A DNA stretch of 64,000 nt, taken from NCBI RefSeq assembly GCF_000143415.4, contig NW_003314299.1:184069-248068 (forward strand), read 5' to 3'. Position 1 is the first letter of the stretch, and every line of letters starts with the position of its first letter. Positions 60,818-64,000 of this stretch are shown here, piece after piece. This DNA is from Selaginella moellendorffii (taxonomy: Eukaryota; Plantae; Lycopodiophyta). The position numbers and the translations under genes are program-made. The notes under the pieces are model-generated. The model saw only the letters and a list, made by a program, of their open reading frames with translations, ran no database searches and had not been told where the DNA came from.

Positions 60818-63800
60818 ATGCTCTATTTCGTTAAAGTGGGATTTATTCAGTAAAATGGGACTAGGTACAAATTTTCAAGTATTTGAAAATGACGTGAAAT
60901 TATATGCTTTTTGTCCAGGGGCTAGACATATCTGGGGCATGGTGACTAGCGCGGTGACTTTGTGTCCAGATTGAGTCCATCTGGTTGTATAATAAATCTC
61001 ATTGTCAAAGTGAACAAGTCGAATCTGAAGCTAAAGAAGAGCGATGGCATGCGCGCACACACTATTTGTTTGTTCATTGAGCGTGTGGTGAGCTTTCCAA
61101 GATGAACGTCATTCCTATTAGCCAGACATATAACTTAATGGTGAGAACATTTAGATATTATTCAATGTTATCTTTTTCTAACGAATCTAATTGTGAAGGT
61201 GTAGCAAGAGGCATTGCTAGTCTGGAGAAGTCATTTAACTCATTTGACCCTTAGTGTATTTTCATGAAACTAAATAACATTCATATTATTAAGGAATTTC
61301 TCTAGTACCTTTTTTTTACGACATAGAGGCTTGCATTTCTTTCAAAGGTGATTTAGTAAAAGGCCTGAGGGCACATGCCATTCTATTTCTCAAACTGGTA
61401 TTAAGATATACTAGTGCAAAGGGAAAAAGGTATTTGGTGATCAAGTAAATGGCATGAGGGCACACGCCATTATAAGCCTAAGTGCTAGTGGACACCTCCT
61501 TTTTGGTACTCTCAGCGGTACTATCATCCTTNNNNNNNNNNNNNNNNNNNNNNNNNNNNNNNNNNNNNNNNNNNNNNNNNNNNNNNNNNNNNNNNNNNNN
61601 NNNNNNNNNNNNNNNNNNNNNNNNNNNNNNNCGATAGTTGTTAATGTTGCCGTTTGTTCAGAAAAATGATCACTTGGAGTATAGTACGGGGAGTTGAGAA
61701 GACTTATATATTCTACATCTTCACCTATCTCCTTCTCCGTCTCTTTTTCTGCCTCACTTACAGATTTTGTGCTTGCCATGAGAACGCTCTTCACCCTAAA
61801 ATATGGAGTTCGTTGTGTTATAAAAGGAAACCAACACACACGCTGTAAGGGAATGATGGTACATAAAGCACGTAAGCCCACAATATGGGTTTATGTGCCA
61901 TTAATATGGGCCACATGCCATATTATTAGATTTATGCACGTGTGATTGGTAAATGCATATGTCACATCATCTTTGTTTTACCTCACACACTATATCAGGC
62001 CTAATGAACCATATCACATGTGCGCACATGCTATATATATGGAGAAGTATTATGCAAGGATAGAAAAATTCAATGCATGATTGTGGAGAGCAATGGCATG
62101 AAGCCACATGCTAAATAACATTTTAGAGAAAGAATTAAAATAAAAACATGCAAACAGTACTAAGTGGACCAAGACTTAGAAGTGCACAATTGAATGAGGT
62201 ATTTCTAATAAATATTTCACTCACCTCATATAGGAATGGCTACCACTCTCAAATGGCGTATCGCCTCATGCCATCACCTCGCAATTTGTTATAACAATCC
62301 GATGAATTCATATTCGGCTTGTTCACCTTGAACTTTAAGTAAGATTTGCTAGAACAACTAAGAATTTATACCTGTTATTTGTATCATCTCACCTAGGAAT
62401 GGCGTAAGGCCACATGCCATCACGCCTCCTCTGATTCAGATTCGGATTGTTCACCTTGAAATAAAATACATTAGAAACTTAGTAAAGGAATATTAATGAA
62501 TCTCATCTTGAACCCGGATGCTCTTGCTGCATCTCTTGCATGGTCTGGCAAGATGATGGTGGCACTCTGCTTCCGTATCCAACCATGCACAACATTATCC
62601 ACCGATATGCTCATGCTGGGATCCCTTGGATTCAGCACCCATCTCTTTTCTAGGCAATCCTTCGTATATCCGGAACTTGGCTTGAACCACTCCACAGTTA
62701 CATTGAAGGAGTTAGTTTCTGCGTCCTCCTCTACATCAGTGATGCAGCGCCCCACCCATATCATTTGTTTTTTATTACTGGGTCTGACAAGCACGATCAT
62801 TCCTTTGCAGACCTGTACTGGATTGAATGCTGAATCCGGCTTCTTGTTCCTCGGCCCACAATAGTGATCCTCAACATCGTTATCTGTCATTGCATTTCCA
62901 GAGGACATTGTTCCGCTACTATCTGGTGCTCTGGGTTCTGGCCAAAAGGACTCTTCCAATTCTTTATATACAACCGGCCCATTTTGGATAGCAGATATAA
63001 TCTTCTCCCAGTATTCGAGCAAAGGCTTGCACCTCTGAAAATAATATTCTCCACCAAACACCAACCCCCTCTTCAAGAAGGCAATATGTTGTCTAATCCC
63101 GGCCACTATACTTTCTTGGTCTTTGAGTCCATCCGGGTGCATCGGCCGTGGGGAACCCTGAGGAATCATAGGTTCCCCAGTTATGGGATCTCTCTTGAAA
63201 AGTTCAATGCCGTCCACTGGCAGCCACACTGTGTCCCATTCTCTCATCTTGTACCTCATCACTGGAGCCGTCACGCATGCTGAAATGAAACTGAAGAGGC
63301 TTGGAGTGGCCAATTAGCGTTTCGGATCCGTCCCTGATGTAGCCTCTTACAAACCCCTTAAAGTCTGGAACCTCTGTCAGAAGTGCAGCTTCAACAGTGC
63401 CTTTGATGCAATTTTGGAATTCATCGTAGAGTTGTGGAAGGGTGAGGACATTGGATCGCCAGAGGGACTCTGCCAGGTGACTGAACATGGCATCGACGTC
63501 TTCATGAGTGTGCCCAACCATGAGAAAGCCAAGTGTAACCGTTTCAAATATGCCTTTGGCAACAAGCATCGCCAAGTACGCGAAGACGTACATGTTTTTG
63601 TTCTCACTGCCAGCATTGTTTGTTTGGAGCAGAAGATGGGGTGGAAGGCCACATCGGCCGCAAGAACTTCCTTGAGATTCTGCTTTGTTTGGATGAGGCT
63701 GTGCATTCACTGGGCGACCAGCCTCGTCGAAATGGCATGAGGCCTCACGTGATAACCCTACAATCTGACGGCCAACATATTCACTGGGATGGCATGGGGC

Positions 63801-64000
63801 CCCACGTGATACTGCAAGCCTTTGCTCCTCCTCCAGCTAAACCCTGTATGGGGTTCGATCGACAAGGGCCTTATGCAAGGGTTGGCCGTTCAGCTCAGTC
63901 TGCGCACTTTGCAAAGACCTTAAGTGTTTTGCTAGGGACGCAATCATCATGTTTGCACCCCCGCCACCCCATAGAGGTACAAAGAAGTTCCCATAGTTCT
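60818..64000 (-). mobile_element. Sola-like DNA transposon, copy 2 (inverted, runs off the window)
   Basis: TIR ATGCTCTATTTCGTTAAAGTGGGA at 60818. The sequence is the near-identical reverse complement of ~38870-42011, with transposase ORFs at 63204-63710 and 62471-63313. Confidence 0.93.
61532..61631. other. Assembly gap (100 N)
   Basis: Run of N. Confidence 1.

Overview
Plant nuclear DNA, most likely a Selaginella-type lycophyte. This is inferred from the PLS-class PPR gene, the 50-55 nt introns and the TE families. The first ~9.3 kb holds two decayed secreted LRR genes, a PPR gene, an apparently intact 3-exon apolipoprotein N-acyltransferase (Lnt)-like nitrilase-superfamily gene and a calnexin pseudogene. 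The remaining ~55 kb is a deeply nested TE stack. It contains Ty3/Gypsy elements, a non-coding LARD family with satellite-bearing LTRs, a TRIM and a 5S-rRNA-containing Cassandra-like solo LTR. The standout is a 13.8-kb cut-and-paste DNA transposon at 28203-42011. It has perfect 24-bp TIRs and a 4-bp TTCA TSD, confirmed by the empty site in the sister LTR at 52518-52634. It encodes a Sola1/DUF7869-like transposase with extra SH3/BAH-like domains. Divergently, it carries a multi-exon cargo region resembling a ParB-like domain, a degenerate beta-class amino-DNA-methyltransferase and an FCP1/NIF HAD domain. At least 25 copies of a 22-bp palindrome (ATGGCRTGNGGCCNCAYGCCAT) are spread through the whole element. 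A second copy starts at ~60818 and runs off the window. Domain calls come from motif recognition only and need profile searches.
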